Below are positions 48,830 through 58,777 of a stretch of DNA of 64,000 bases, piece after piece. The position numbers and the translations under genes are program-made. The stretch comes from Myxococcota bacterium. Its GTDB lineage: Bacteria > Myxococcota_A > Bradymonadia > UBA7976 > UBA1532. The first letter of the stretch is position 1, and every line of letters starts with the position of its first letter. The notes below the pieces were generated by a model. The model was not told the origin of the DNA. It did no database searches and was given only the letters and a program-made list of their open reading frames with translations. Location of the stretch: positions 1 to 64,000 of the forward strand of contig JAYZEG010000066.1 in NCBI GenBank assembly GCA_036337435.1. Reading direction: 5' to 3'.

Positions 48830-50014
48830 GTGAGAGACCTATTCGGCAAGATGTACAAATGCTGTCCGCGGTATCTGTCTCTGGTCTTCCTTCTTTTTTT
48901 GGCTGGTTGCGGTGCGCCTGACGACCTCAAAAGTCCGATAAATCAAGTTCCAATCAGCTGTCCCACGTTGCTCGAAGCAATGCCGAGAACCTATGGCCTG
49001 TTTGAAAGCGGTGAACTGCCGGCAATCAAGTCATTAATTGCCGAAAGTTTAACCGATGCGCAATTCTCAGCCCTGTTGGATGCAATTCTGACTATCATTC
49101 GTGACCTATCGCCGACTGAGTTGGACGACCTATCAAGCTTGGCGGAAACCACAAATTTTCAATCAGTTACCCAGACGCTGGTGTCGGTTTTTCAATTCAT
49201 TGGAGGTACGCAGGACGGGCGTCTCCCCTATCGAAGAGAAATCGTAACTGCTTTACGCCGCATCATCACCAATTGCGAAGCCAATTCACTTCTCTCCGCC
49301 ATCAATTATACACTGACCTCCGCAGAGCTGCCAGACCTCTTAAGGGATCTGAGTGCACTGATGAATGACGAGCGTTTTCAGAATGTTCTCGATGTACAGG
49401 GGGGGTTGAGCCGAGATGGGTTTGCAGCCCTGGTCTGTAATGCAACCAACAATCTTTCCAAAAATGATTTCTCGATCCTCAACGATATCATACAGCCCAT
49501 TGCCGCCCTTGATGTCTTGCCCTTGGACCAACCACCCATTAACAGTTTTCTACGGAATTTAGACCTCTTATTGAGCGACAGCCGTCCACTCCGCCCAGCC
49601 CTCGCCAATACCGTCTGTTGTAATCTCTATGACGTGCCACAATGTGCATCTATTGGACCGAGAACGTCGGTCATTGACCGGCCCCCCGTATTCGTATGGG
49701 CAATGCACGATATCCTCTCCACCCCGACCCCCCAATTGGAGAGTTTGCTCGAACAACTGAGGCTATTTATTGATAACCCTGTCGTCGCGCCAGCACTGCG
49801 CCCCTTGTCTGTAGCACTCAACAAAATAAGCGAGCGTTTTGCAGTGAGGCAAGCCATCGCAAGTGTGCTTCGGTCGCTCTTCGAACCCGACCGGGCGGAG
49901 TTTCTGATGCGGGAAGTTGTCGCCTTACTCAACGTCGGTTTCGTCGATGAACTTTTACAAGTCGTCCGCCTCATCGCCAAAGGTTGCCAGCCGCAGGATA
50001 TACGGAGCCAATGA
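48830..50014 (+). CDS. Alpha-helical lipoprotein of unknown function
   Basis: Lipobox LAGC; Leu-rich amphipathic helices; several Cys. Confidence 0.75.
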   Translation: MRDLFGKMYKCCPRYLSLVFLLFLAGCGAPDDLKSPINQVPISCPTLLEAMPRTYGLFESGELPAIKSLIAESLTDAQFSALLDAILTIIRDLSPTELDDLSSLAETTNFQSVTQTLVSVFQFIGGTQDGRLPYRREIVTALRRIITNCEANSLLSAINYTLTSAELPDLLRDLSALMNDERFQNVLDVQGGLSRDGFAALVCNATNNLSKNDFSILNDIIQPIAALDVLPLDQPPINSFLRNLDLLLSDSRPLRPALANTVCCNLYDVPQCASIGPRTSVIDRPPVFVWAMHDILSTPTPQLESLLEQLRLFIDNPVVAPALRPLSVALNKISERFAVRQAIASVLRSLFEPDRAEFLMREVVALLNVGFVDELLQVVRLIAKGCQPQDIRSQ

Positions 50015-51336
50015 AGCAATTTTTCTACTTGGCCGGAATGCTGGCTACACTCTCAGCACCCATTGCTCTGAGTGCCAGTCCCCTCGACATCTTTGAATTT
50101 GAAGCGCGGGGTAGTGCCATGGGTGGTGCTATGACCGCCGGTTCCAACGACTACACAGCTGTCTTTTACAACCCCGGTGCCTTGACTCAAGCGAAGACAT
50201 TGACGACCGGTTTCGGACTTTTAAGTTCCTTTCCTCAAGCCTCACTGAGCTTGAATAAAACTGCACAAGACGACGCGTCAAGACCACTGGAGCCGGGACA
50301 ACGTCACGGCATATCAATGGGACTGAGTACACCACTGGGAGGCGGAATTGGAAACCGGTTTGCTTTGGGAATCGGCATTTATGCCCCCTTTGCCCATAGC
50401 CTGCGGGGCGAAATCTTGGCACCTCAGGCCCCTCAATTTTATCGATACCAAAATCGACCCGACCGATTTGTTGGTTTGAGTGCTCTTGCATTCAAAGTGA
50501 CCAATTGGCTCAGCATTGGAATCGGCGTAAGTCTTTTAGCGGACTTGGTTGGACGGGTTCGCCTAGACCTTCGGGTCAGCGAAAGGCGAGTCGTTTCACA
50601 ATCAGCACGGGTCGATTTCCCCCTTAAACTGACGCCAACGGCCGGTATAGTATTGACACCGTTTGCTGCCTTTAAATTGGGCCTAAGCTGGCGCAAAGAC
50701 ACCATGCTTAATTTCAAGATTCCAAGCGCACTCGCAGTGGATGACGCAATCGAACTAGAGTTCGTTGTCGGTGGTGTTGTACTCTACAGCCCGGAAACAT
50801 ATGCACTTGGCATGAGCTACGCCTTTAGCCACTGGGATGCGGTGGTTTCAGTCGACGCACTGTGGACAAGGTGGTCGAAGGCACCGGATCCGTCTTTGCG
50901 CATCAACGTGAACGCAGCCGGCCCGTTACTCGACGCACTGGGCGTCGAAGATCGCCTAGATATCCAAGGCCGGCCGCCCATCGATTTAGCATTCCGAGAC
51001 GTGGTCCAATTTAAGGTCGGCTTGGAACAACCCGTATTTGAGCAGCTCACTCTCCGAACGGGATATCACTACAGACCAGCACCAGCACCACTGCCGTCTG
51101 GCCCCTACAATTATCTTGACCCAAGTTCCCATAGGGCCTCATTGGGTATGGGTGTGCAATTAAGCAAGGCGGATAATCCATCATCACGAACAGTTTCTCT
51201 AGACTTAGCCTACGCTGCTACGGTAATCCCCCAGGTAAAGATTGCGCAACGAGCTGGTCCGCTGGATCCCGTCGGGGATTTCGTAGCAAAAGCTGTCATT
51301 CATAGCGTCAACATCAGTTTGTTGCACAAGTTCTAA
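50011..51336 (+). CDS. FadL/OmpP1-family outer membrane transporter
   Basis: ATGA overlap; ARGSAMGGA...DYTAVFYNPGAL; ends HKF; paralog of 23295..24626. Confidence 0.82.
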   Translation: MKQFFYLAGMLATLSAPIALSASPLDIFEFEARGSAMGGAMTAGSNDYTAVFYNPGALTQAKTLTTGFGLLSSFPQASLSLNKTAQDDASRPLEPGQRHGISMGLSTPLGGGIGNRFALGIGIYAPFAHSLRGEILAPQAPQFYRYQNRPDRFVGLSALAFKVTNWLSIGIGVSLLADLVGRVRLDLRVSERRVVSQSARVDFPLKLTPTAGIVLTPFAAFKLGLSWRKDTMLNFKIPSALAVDDAIELEFVVGGVVLYSPETYALGMSYAFSHWDAVVSVDALWTRWSKAPDPSLRINVNAAGPLLDALGVEDRLDIQGRPPIDLAFRDVVQFKVGLEQPVFEQLTLRTGYHYRPAPAPLPSGPYNYLDPSSHRASLGMGVQLSKADNPSSRTVSLDLAYAATVIPQVKIAQRAGPLDPVGDFVAKAVIHSVNISLLHKF

Positions 51337-51384
51337 AACTTCGCCTGGCGAGACTCCGCAAACGGAGATGGAGTAGACATTTTC

Positions 51385-53244
51385 ATGATGAATTTTCTCG
51401 ACCTAGCAAAAAGTGGCGGGCTTCTCTTCGACGGGGCGATGGGCACCATGCTCTATCAGCGTGGAATTTTTCTCAATCGCTGCTTCGAAGCCGTCAACTT
51501 AGAGCAACCTGAGCTGGTCGGCCGGATACATCAAGAGTACCTTCAAGCGGGTGCCCAAGTCATCACTGCCAACACCTTTGGTTCGGGTCGACTCAAGTTA
51601 GAAAAGCATGGACTCAGCGATAAATTTGAAGACATTAACCGCCGTGGTGTGGAACTGGCGCAAAATGCCGTCGAGGGTCGCGCCTACGTGGCCGGTAGCA
51701 TTGGTCCATCAGGGATCGTCGGTCTTTCAGGGCTCGCTGGTGAGGAAGGGCTGCGCGCACAAGAGAGTCTGCAGGAACACATTTCACTGCTGGTCGATGC
51801 CGGGGTTGACCTCTTGTGTTTGGAGACATTTGGTGTCGTCTCCGAACTTGAATTGGCCATTCGTCTGAGTAAAGCGTACTGCGACTTGCCGGTCGTTGCG
51901 TTGTGTATGTTTACAGAAGGTGGTTCGACCCGACGGGGGCTTACACCGGAAGCGGTTGGGCGCCGCCTGATCGATGCTGGAGCCGATGTCATCGGAGCCA
52001 ATTGTGGTGGCGGCCCTGACCATCTTTTCGGTGTGACAACCAGACTGGTCGATTTGGGTCATCCGGTGGTTGCCATGGCCAATGCTGGCAACCCCAAGAC
52101 GGTTGAGAACCGAACGATTTACGTAGCCAACCCGGAATATTTCGGTGTCTTCGCAAGACGTTTGTTTAAGGCAGGGGTGAAGGTTGTTGGCGGCTGCTGC
52201 GGCACAACGCCCGAGCATGTCCGACGAATGGCAAACTCCGCACGAATGCTGCGCGCCACGAACGGCGTTCTCGACGCTGAATACGTGGACTCCGGAAAAG
52301 ACTATACAGGACGAATCACGCCCCTGGCAGACCGAAGTGAGCTCGGTGCGTCCCTCGACCGGAATGAATTTGTGACCAGCGTCGAGCTCAACCCACCCAA
52401 CGGTCTCGATTTGTCGTCACGGATCACTGCAGCCCGTGCCTTGCAGGACTTCGGTGTGACAACCATCAACATCGCCGACGGTCCACGAGCAAGCTTGAGA
52501 ATGGGCAACGTGGCAATGGCCGTTGAAGTCGCTCACAAGACGAGTTTATCTCCCCTCGTTCATGTCTGCTGTCGTGACCGAAACTATCTGGGGTTACAAT
52601 CACATCTTCTCGGCATGCATGTCCAAGGGATACGCAATATCGTCGTAATCACGGGTGACCCACCAAAAATGGGGCCATTCCCCCATGCTACAGGCGTTTA
52701 TGACGTCAATAGTATCGGGCTATTGGACTTAATCCAGGGGTTTAACCACGGCATCGATGCCAGTGGTCAAACTTTGCCAGACCGTACCTCGTTCGTGTGC
52801 GCTACGGGCGCAGAGCCAGCTGCCCACGACTATGACCGGGAATTGAGACGGCTGGAAATGAAAATCAACGCAGGGGCCAGTGTCATCATGACCCAGCCTG
52901 TTTACGATTCAGCTGTCATAGAGCGATTCTTAAACGACATCAAAGAATTCAATGTCCCCGTAATGCTTGGTTTGTGTCCCCTGGCAAGCTATCGGAATGC
53001 AGTTTTCCTCCATAAGAACGTGCCCGGTATGAGCGTCCCTGACGATGTCCTAGCACGGATGAAAAGTGCCGATGACAATGGACAGGGTCAAGAAGCGGGT
53101 ATCGCCATCGCCCGGGAGGCTTTGGCGGCCAGTCGTTCGAATATCCAGGGTGCATATATCATGCCTCCATTTGGACGATACAAGGTGGCAATGGCCGTTT
53201 TGGACGGTTTTGTAGGCCCGCAAAAAATGACTCCGAAAGGCTGA
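51385..53244 (+). CDS. yitJ: Bifunctional homocysteine S-methyltransferase / methylenetetrahydrofolate reductase
   Basis: DGAMGT, ANTF, GANC, GGCCGTTP; MTHFR half INIADGP, CRDRN, TGDPP, MTQPVY. Confidence 0.93.
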   Translation: MMNFLDLAKSGGLLFDGAMGTMLYQRGIFLNRCFEAVNLEQPELVGRIHQEYLQAGAQVITANTFGSGRLKLEKHGLSDKFEDINRRGVELAQNAVEGRAYVAGSIGPSGIVGLSGLAGEEGLRAQESLQEHISLLVDAGVDLLCLETFGVVSELELAIRLSKAYCDLPVVALCMFTEGGSTRRGLTPEAVGRRLIDAGADVIGANCGGGPDHLFGVTTRLVDLGHPVVAMANAGNPKTVENRTIYVANPEYFGVFARRLFKAGVKVVGGCCGTTPEHVRRMANSARMLRATNGVLDAEYVDSGKDYTGRITPLADRSELGASLDRNEFVTSVELNPPNGLDLSSRITAARALQDFGVTTINIADGPRASLRMGNVAMAVEVAHKTSLSPLVHVCCRDRNYLGLQSHLLGMHVQGIRNIVVITGDPPKMGPFPHATGVYDVNSIGLLDLIQGFNHGIDASGQTLPDRTSFVCATGAEPAAHDYDRELRRLEMKINAGASVIMTQPVYDSAVIERFLNDIKEFNVPVMLGLCPLASYRNAVFLHKNVPGMSVPDDVLARMKSADDNGQGQEAGIAIAREALAASRSNIQGAYIMPPFGRYKVAMAVLDGFVGPQKMTPKG

Positions 53245-53351
53245 AATAAGCCTCAGATGGTTTGGCATCCTGAATAATTCGATTGGAAGTACATCTCTTG
53301 TTCGATTATGCATTAGAGTGTTTAACATCAGACTTGAGTCAGGATTGAATT

Positions 53352-54311
53352 ATGCTATTTCGAACCTTCACCCTGTTCCTGGGGCTATCTCTACCCCTAT
53401 ACGCCAATGCTTCCGAGGTCTGCGTCTCCATTGACGAGACCGTCGACGGTTTGTCCCCTCAGGAGAGAAAATCGAGTTTACTGATCGCAAAAGGCGCATT
53501 CGGGAAACTCAAGGTCAAGGTGGTCCCAGCTCCTTGTGAAAATGAGTATAAGTTTGCTGCCGGAAACCTAGGGCGGGCCTTGATCGCCACAGTCTCTGGC
53601 CCTAAAGGAACCCAAAAGAGAAAAGCGGACAGTATCGAAGAGTTGGCCGAAGTTTACGACCAATTGGTCCGAGCCATTTGGCTTGGTGGCGATGTGGATG
53701 ACAATTCCGGCGAATCAATCACTCGAACAAACGTGGATACGCGGCGGCAATTCCCTGGGCGCGTTAAAGACGATAGACTGGTTTCGTTCTCCCTGGGCGG
53801 TGCCTTTATCCAGGGCGTAGACGTAGACGAAGTACCCATCGTTTTAGGGTTGGCGAGGTCCCATGAATTGGACAGGTTCGCCCTCGATTACGGTGGCTAC
53901 ACACTGTTCACCTACGGTGATGATGAGTCGTCAGGAAAAGACAGTGAGGGTGCCTTCCGAATCGCCCTACATCTCGGCGGGAAGTATTTCTTCGATCCGG
54001 CCAGTAACTATAGTCCTTATGCATCTGGGGCATTGACAGCGACCTATTCGGTGACTGAAATCGACGATGCGAGCTACACCGGTGGTGGCCTCGGCACTCG
54101 TCTTGCCGTGGGCTACAGCATTGGACGTGCCAGTACCATCAGAGGTTTTGTTGAACTCTGCGCTGACCTTCCCTTCTACAACCAAGAATATTCGACGTTT
54201 AACGGAAGTGGCCCACGGCCAGAGAGTGTCGGAGACGAGGTATACACAGCGTTTTACGGCCTGGTTCTCGGCGTGAGCTACACGACACACCGATATGGAT
54301 TCATTCCTTAA
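53352..54311 (+). CDS. Exported protein with probable C-terminal beta-barrel
   Basis: Signal peptide ending ANA; amphipathic strands in the C-terminal half. Confidence 0.65.
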   Translation: MLFRTFTLFLGLSLPLYANASEVCVSIDETVDGLSPQERKSSLLIAKGAFGKLKVKVVPAPCENEYKFAAGNLGRALIATVSGPKGTQKRKADSIEELAEVYDQLVRAIWLGGDVDDNSGESITRTNVDTRRQFPGRVKDDRLVSFSLGGAFIQGVDVDEVPIVLGLARSHELDRFALDYGGYTLFTYGDDESSGKDSEGAFRIALHLGGKYFFDPASNYSPYASGALTATYSVTEIDDASYTGGGLGTRLAVGYSIGRASTIRGFVELCADLPFYNQEYSTFNGSGPRPESVGDEVYTAFYGLVLGVSYTTHRYGFIP

Positions 54312-54329
54312 TAGAGTCGCAACTGCGTA

Positions 54330-56024
54330 CTACCAGTCACCGCTTCGTAGAATGCGCCAGACCAATCGAATCCCTAAAAACCCCCCGGCGGTTAAACAGA
54401 GAGTCGCGGGCCACGGGATACCCAGGAGCGTACTCACCGAGTCATTGCGCATCACGATGCCGGCGGTAAACAGAACGCCTGTCAAAACAACCAGGCTAAG
54501 CCGATTCCAGCGACTTCGACGCGCTGTTTCCATTCTTTCGGCATCCGGATATTCGACACCGATATTAATTCGGCCGTCATCAATATGCTCCAGAAACTGA
54601 TGGGCAACCAGTGGAAACTTTTGACCAAATCGTGCAAAGGCCTGAACTGTATCCGCTGTATTCTTGATGACGCGTTGGGGAGAATACCTTTCTGCGACCA
54701 ACCGCTCAACGTAGGGCTTACATTCGGCGACGATGTCAAGGTCTGGGCTGATCTGCTTGCCAATGCCCTCAACGGTCATGATCGCTTTGAAAAACATCGT
54801 GAAATCTGAGGGGACTCTGAGATTATGACGAATCGCCCCTTCAATGATTTCCCGGAGATAAGACCCAAAATCAATATTCGCTAATGACACGTTATCAAAA
54901 TAGATGTCCATCAGCTCCGCGACATCTGCCTCAAAAGCCGAATAATCCGTTTTGCCACGCTTGATACCGATGGTGTAAAGCGTCTGTGCCAAAGCCTCGC
55001 AGTCTTTCGTTGCAATACTGAGAAACAAATCAGCCATAGCGTCTTTATTGGCATGGCTCATCCTGCCTACCAGGCCGAAGTCAATGAGTCCAACACGGCC
55101 GTCTTCGAGCACCCAGAGATTTCCGGGGTGCAAATCTCCATGGAAGAAGCCATCTTCAAAAACCATCTTGAAAAGAAGACTCACGCAATCTTTTGCAATG
55201 GCCTCCATATCGTATCCGTGGCCAACAGCCTCGGTAATTTTACGCCCCTTAAGTCGTTCCATGACCATAACGGTCTGACTGCTTAGGTCTTCATACACAT
55301 CTGGGATATAAACTTGGTCCCATGTCGAAAAGTTCTTCGAGAAGCGTATTAAGTTCCGAGATTCAAATTTAAAGTCGAGTTCCTTACTGATGGCGCGTTC
55401 AAATTCACGGACGATGGCAACAGGATCGAAAGCTTCGGCTTCCGGAACCGTCTCTTCTACTTTTTTTGCAAGCCAGTAGAGGATGTGTAAATCGGCCTCA
55501 ATTTTTTTGCCAATACCAGGTCTCTGTACCTTAACGACCACTTCTGTGCCGTCGAGGAGAGCAGCAGAATGAACCTGAGCGATACTCGCGCTGGCCAGCG
55601 GCTCCTCCTCAAAGGTTGAAAACGCCTCATCGAGTGTTCGCCCGAGTGACTCTTCAACCACAGACTTCGCATCATTCCAATCAATCGTGTTGACGTGGTC
55701 CTGTAATGTTTTCAATTCATCGCAGAGTTCTTGTGGAATCAGATCCGGCCGAGTCGACAAAATTTGTCCGAGCTTAACGAATGTAGGGCCTAAATCTTGA
55801 AGCGCGAGAGCAATCCGCTCATACGGAGAGAGTCGATCTTCGTCTGCATCTCGCTTCTGTAAAATCGGTGCTAGGACGATCTTATCCTGCAGCTGCCAGG
55901 CCTCGACAAAATGACCAAACCCATGTCGCACCAGCACGATGGCAATTTCCCGAGCTCGAGAAATATCCTTCAGTGCCGTCCGGGCGGCCCGAAAGTTCGT
56001 GTAAACTGCTCGCATGGTAGACAT
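54330..56024 (-). CDS. ubiB: ABC1/AarF/UbiB family atypical kinase
   Basis: LGPTFVKLGQILSTRPD, ASASIAQVH, VVKVQRP, ELDF, FFHGDLHPGN, DFG; C-terminal TM helices. Confidence 0.92.
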   Translation of the reverse strand: MSTMRAVYTNFRAARTALKDISRAREIAIVLVRHGFGHFVEAWQLQDKIVLAPILQKRDADEDRLSPYERIALALQDLGPTFVKLGQILSTRPDLIPQELCDELKTLQDHVNTIDWNDAKSVVEESLGRTLDEAFSTFEEEPLASASIAQVHSAALLDGTEVVVKVQRPGIGKKIEADLHILYWLAKKVEETVPEAEAFDPVAIVREFERAISKELDFKFESRNLIRFSKNFSTWDQVYIPDVYEDLSSQTVMVMERLKGRKITEAVGHGYDMEAIAKDCVSLLFKMVFEDGFFHGDLHPGNLWVLEDGRVGLIDFGLVGRMSHANKDAMADLFLSIATKDCEALAQTLYTIGIKRGKTDYSAFEADVAELMDIYFDNVSLANIDFGSYLREIIEGAIRHNLRVPSDFTMFFKAIMTVEGIGKQISPDLDIVAECKPYVERLVAERYSPQRVIKNTADTVQAFARFGQKFPLVAHQFLEHIDDGRINIGVEYPDAERMETARRSRWNRLSLVVLTGVLFTAGIVMRNDSVSTLLGIPWPATLCLTAGGFLGIRLVWRILRSGDW

Positions 56025-56195
56025 GGCTGACATACTAACCCGATGAGCGCAGAGAAGCGAAAATACAGTGATAAAATGATCAAAGAACACATGCCATGAC
56101 CGTAAAAACGGTGACTTGGTTCGTCATCAGACGGTCATCGACCCCATGCAATTTATCATGTAGTGTCCACACCGAGCACAATTGCGGAGTGACGG

Positions 56196-56948
56196 GTGAA
56201 ACTGTTCTGGGGCTTTAGCGCCCTCTTTATTTGGCGGCTATTGACCATGCTGCCGGCTTCGGCAGTCAATCGAATGTATCGAACCGAAGCCTATTTAGGC
56301 GGCATCATCATGGCGACCGCGATTCTGATTACAGTCCATACTCGTTTTTTCGGAGCAACGAAAAAGTCCATGCCCACGCCAATCTATTGGTTACCCTTGG
56401 CTTTCTGTGCTGGCTGCGGATTTGGCATAATCGGCAAAGAACTGAGGAATATTGGACTCAGCATCGCCAGCGAAACAATTCCCTTGGCGATGGCGACACC
56501 ACCAAACGTCTCTCCTACTCTGGCTGCTATGCTAGCGAGCTTGGTCTATCCTACCTGCTTCGTCATGGTCTTCTGTTGTGTCATCGCTCACGCCATTTAT
56601 AGTCCACCAAAGCTTTGGCAAGCACTGGCCATAACCGTCATCATAGGGTCTATCGGTGTACCCCTGCCCCTGATCCCCAAAGTCATCTTTGTACTTGGCT
56701 TACCCGTGTGGCTCTATCTACGAACACAATCCGTGTCCCTTGCAATTCTCAGTTACCTTCCAGCAAACAGCTTGCCGTTAATCAACGCATTGGGCATAAA
56801 TCCAGGCATCTCAGGATTTGATTTAGAGGATCCGATGAAAGTCATTTTACAGCCTATTTGGTTCAATGCTTTCGGTGCTGTACTCATTGCGCTTGGCCTT
56901 TTTCCAATTTTGAATTCACTCACACTCGAGGACGACGAAACCCCATGA
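56196..56948 (+). CDS. Polytopic membrane protein, CPBP/Abi-like fold lacking catalytic residues
   Basis: GGAG SD plus GTG; WLYLRTQSVSLAILSYLPANSL matches the CPBP motif-4 region; no EExxxR or conserved His. Confidence 0.55.
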   Translation: MKLFWGFSALFIWRLLTMLPASAVNRMYRTEAYLGGIIMATAILITVHTRFFGATKKSMPTPIYWLPLAFCAGCGFGIIGKELRNIGLSIASETIPLAMATPPNVSPTLAAMLASLVYPTCFVMVFCCVIAHAIYSPPKLWQALAITVIIGSIGVPLPLIPKVIFVLGLPVWLYLRTQSVSLAILSYLPANSLPLINALGINPGISGFDLEDPMKVILQPIWFNAFGAVLIALGLFPILNSLTLEDDETP

Positions 56949-58498
56949 CACGTAAGGCAATTGGAATTGCATCTGTCATTTGGGGCGTAAGCATTCTGCT
57001 ATCCCGTTTGATCGGCCTCATACGAGAATCAGTGATCGGCCGCACCCTTGGGGGAGGGTCCGAGGCTGACGCATATTGGACGGCCTTTGTTCTCCCTGAT
57101 TTTCTCAATTATTTGCTCGCAGGTGGTGTACTATCAATCGTTTTTATCCCTATCTTCGGTGCCTACCTGGTCAAGGATCAGAGAGCCGAGGCTTGGCGTT
57201 CATTCTCAGTCATTGCCAACGTCCTGACACTCACTATGGTTGTCCTCACCGGGATATTATGGACGTGGGTTCCTGACATCACGCCTATCATTGCCCCCGG
57301 AATAATCGGTGACGAGCGGCTGCTCTTGAATGAATTGGTTCGGATCATATTGCCCGCGCAGGTTTTTCATCTAACAGGTGGTCTGTTGAGCGCAACCTTG
57401 CAGGCGCAAGATAAGCATGTCTTTCCAGCACTGGCCCCCTTGGTTTACACGGGATGTATTATTTTGGGAGGCCTGCTCTTTGGAGATATGCTGGGTGCGA
57501 AGGGGTTTGCCTGGGGGGTTTTGGTCGGTTCGTTCCTTGGCCCATTTGGCCTTCCGCTTGTCGGTGCGCTCAAATCGGGCTTGAATTGGCAGTTTCGACT
57601 CTCGCTGCGTCATCAAGATCTGAAAACCTACGTTCTGCTCAGCCTACCGGTGATGCTCGGATTTTCAATTATCGTCCTCGATGACATGCTCCTCAAGCAT
57701 TTTGGCTCGACGATTTCGGAAGGCGTCATTTCCAGGCTCCAGTATGCAAAAACTCTGATGAAGGTCCCTATGGGGGTTTTTGGATTGGCTGTCGGCGTTG
57801 CCAGCTACCCCACGCTAACCCGGCTCCTCGCTGATTCCAAAATGCAGCAAGCCAGCAGCCTCATCACCGATGCGCTCTGTGGTCTTTTCGTTCTTGCCTT
57901 GACTGCACAGGGCGCACTCACTGTCGTCGGTCCGGAAATGGCGGCCGTAATTTGGGGACAAGCCCGATTTAATCCGGCTGAAATCGCCGAGATTGGTTTG
58001 CTGACAGGTCTCCTGTCATTGGGCCTCTGGGCATGGTCCGCACAAGTCTTGGTGGCCCGAGGTTTCTATGCACTAGGGGACACTTGGACGCCCACAATCG
58101 TCGGTTCAGTGATCGCGATAGGCGCATACCCCCTCTATCAATTCCTCGGCGAACAGCACGGAGCCCAAGGCTTAGCGGCGGCATCCGCGGCGGCCATCAT
58201 TCTTTACTGCACCACCCTCACAGTGTTGCTACGACGCCGTCTCAACTCATCGATGGACTTTTTGATTCGTCCGCTGGTCGTCCTGCTTAAAATGACTGTA
58301 TCCACAGCGCTCTCAGTTGTGCTTCTCTCAAATCTAAAGAGCGAACCGGTCCTGATGGAAATGTCTGCGTTCTGGCGCGGCCTCGCATTGGGCCTAGCAA
58401 CCATCACGATGACCATTTTATGCGCAGCCGTGTTACGGGTCTCAGAAGTGACTCAATTGGCTAATCGTACCTTTGGACGCCTACGACGACGTGGGTAA
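56945..58498 (+). CDS. murJ: Lipid II flippase MurJ (MviN)
   Basis: LSRLIGLIRE, ADAY..AF.LP, P.GVFG..VG...YP, RGFYALGDTWTP; ATGA-coupled. Confidence 0.93.
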   Translation: MTRKAIGIASVIWGVSILLSRLIGLIRESVIGRTLGGGSEADAYWTAFVLPDFLNYLLAGGVLSIVFIPIFGAYLVKDQRAEAWRSFSVIANVLTLTMVVLTGILWTWVPDITPIIAPGIIGDERLLLNELVRIILPAQVFHLTGGLLSATLQAQDKHVFPALAPLVYTGCIILGGLLFGDMLGAKGFAWGVLVGSFLGPFGLPLVGALKSGLNWQFRLSLRHQDLKTYVLLSLPVMLGFSIIVLDDMLLKHFGSTISEGVISRLQYAKTLMKVPMGVFGLAVGVASYPTLTRLLADSKMQQASSLITDALCGLFVLALTAQGALTVVGPEMAAVIWGQARFNPAEIAEIGLLTGLLSLGLWAWSAQVLVARGFYALGDTWTPTIVGSVIAIGAYPLYQFLGEQHGAQGLAAASAAAIILYCTTLTVLLRRRLNSSMDFLIRPLVVLLKMTVSTALSVVLLSNLKSEPVLMEMSAFWRGLALGLATITMTILCAAVLRVSEVTQLANRTFGRLRRRG

Positions 58499-58777
58499 CT
58501 AACCCTCTGTGCGGTCATGCCGCTTTTCATGTCGGTCGAGCAAGTAGATGGCCAGCAAAACCGGCACTGAGAGAGCAAAACAAAGAATGATGATCCAGGA
58601 CCCAAATGCATCTGGGGGCAGAAAATAGGCATGGCCCAAATACTCTGCGGTAAAGAATACGGCTGCATACGCAGCCAATAGTTTTGGTCGTCGCCAGTAT
58701 CTGAACTTGAGGGCAAATAGCGCGGTGAGAAGCGTCGTCATTGCCAGTGCTGTCAAAACAGCATGCATGGTCATCAC
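58499..58777 (-). CDS. Small three-TM membrane protein
   Basis: 92 aa hydrophobic ORF abutting the prfC stop. Confidence 0.6.
   Translation of the reverse strand: MMTMHAVLTALAMTTLLTALFALKFRYWRRPKLLAAYAAVFFTAEYLGHAYFLPPDAFGSWIIILCFALSVPVLLAIYLLDRHEKRHDRTEG

Noticed and set aside
51337..51384. SAM riboswitch before yitJ
   Set aside because: The gap is only 48 bp and shows no aptamer consensus.
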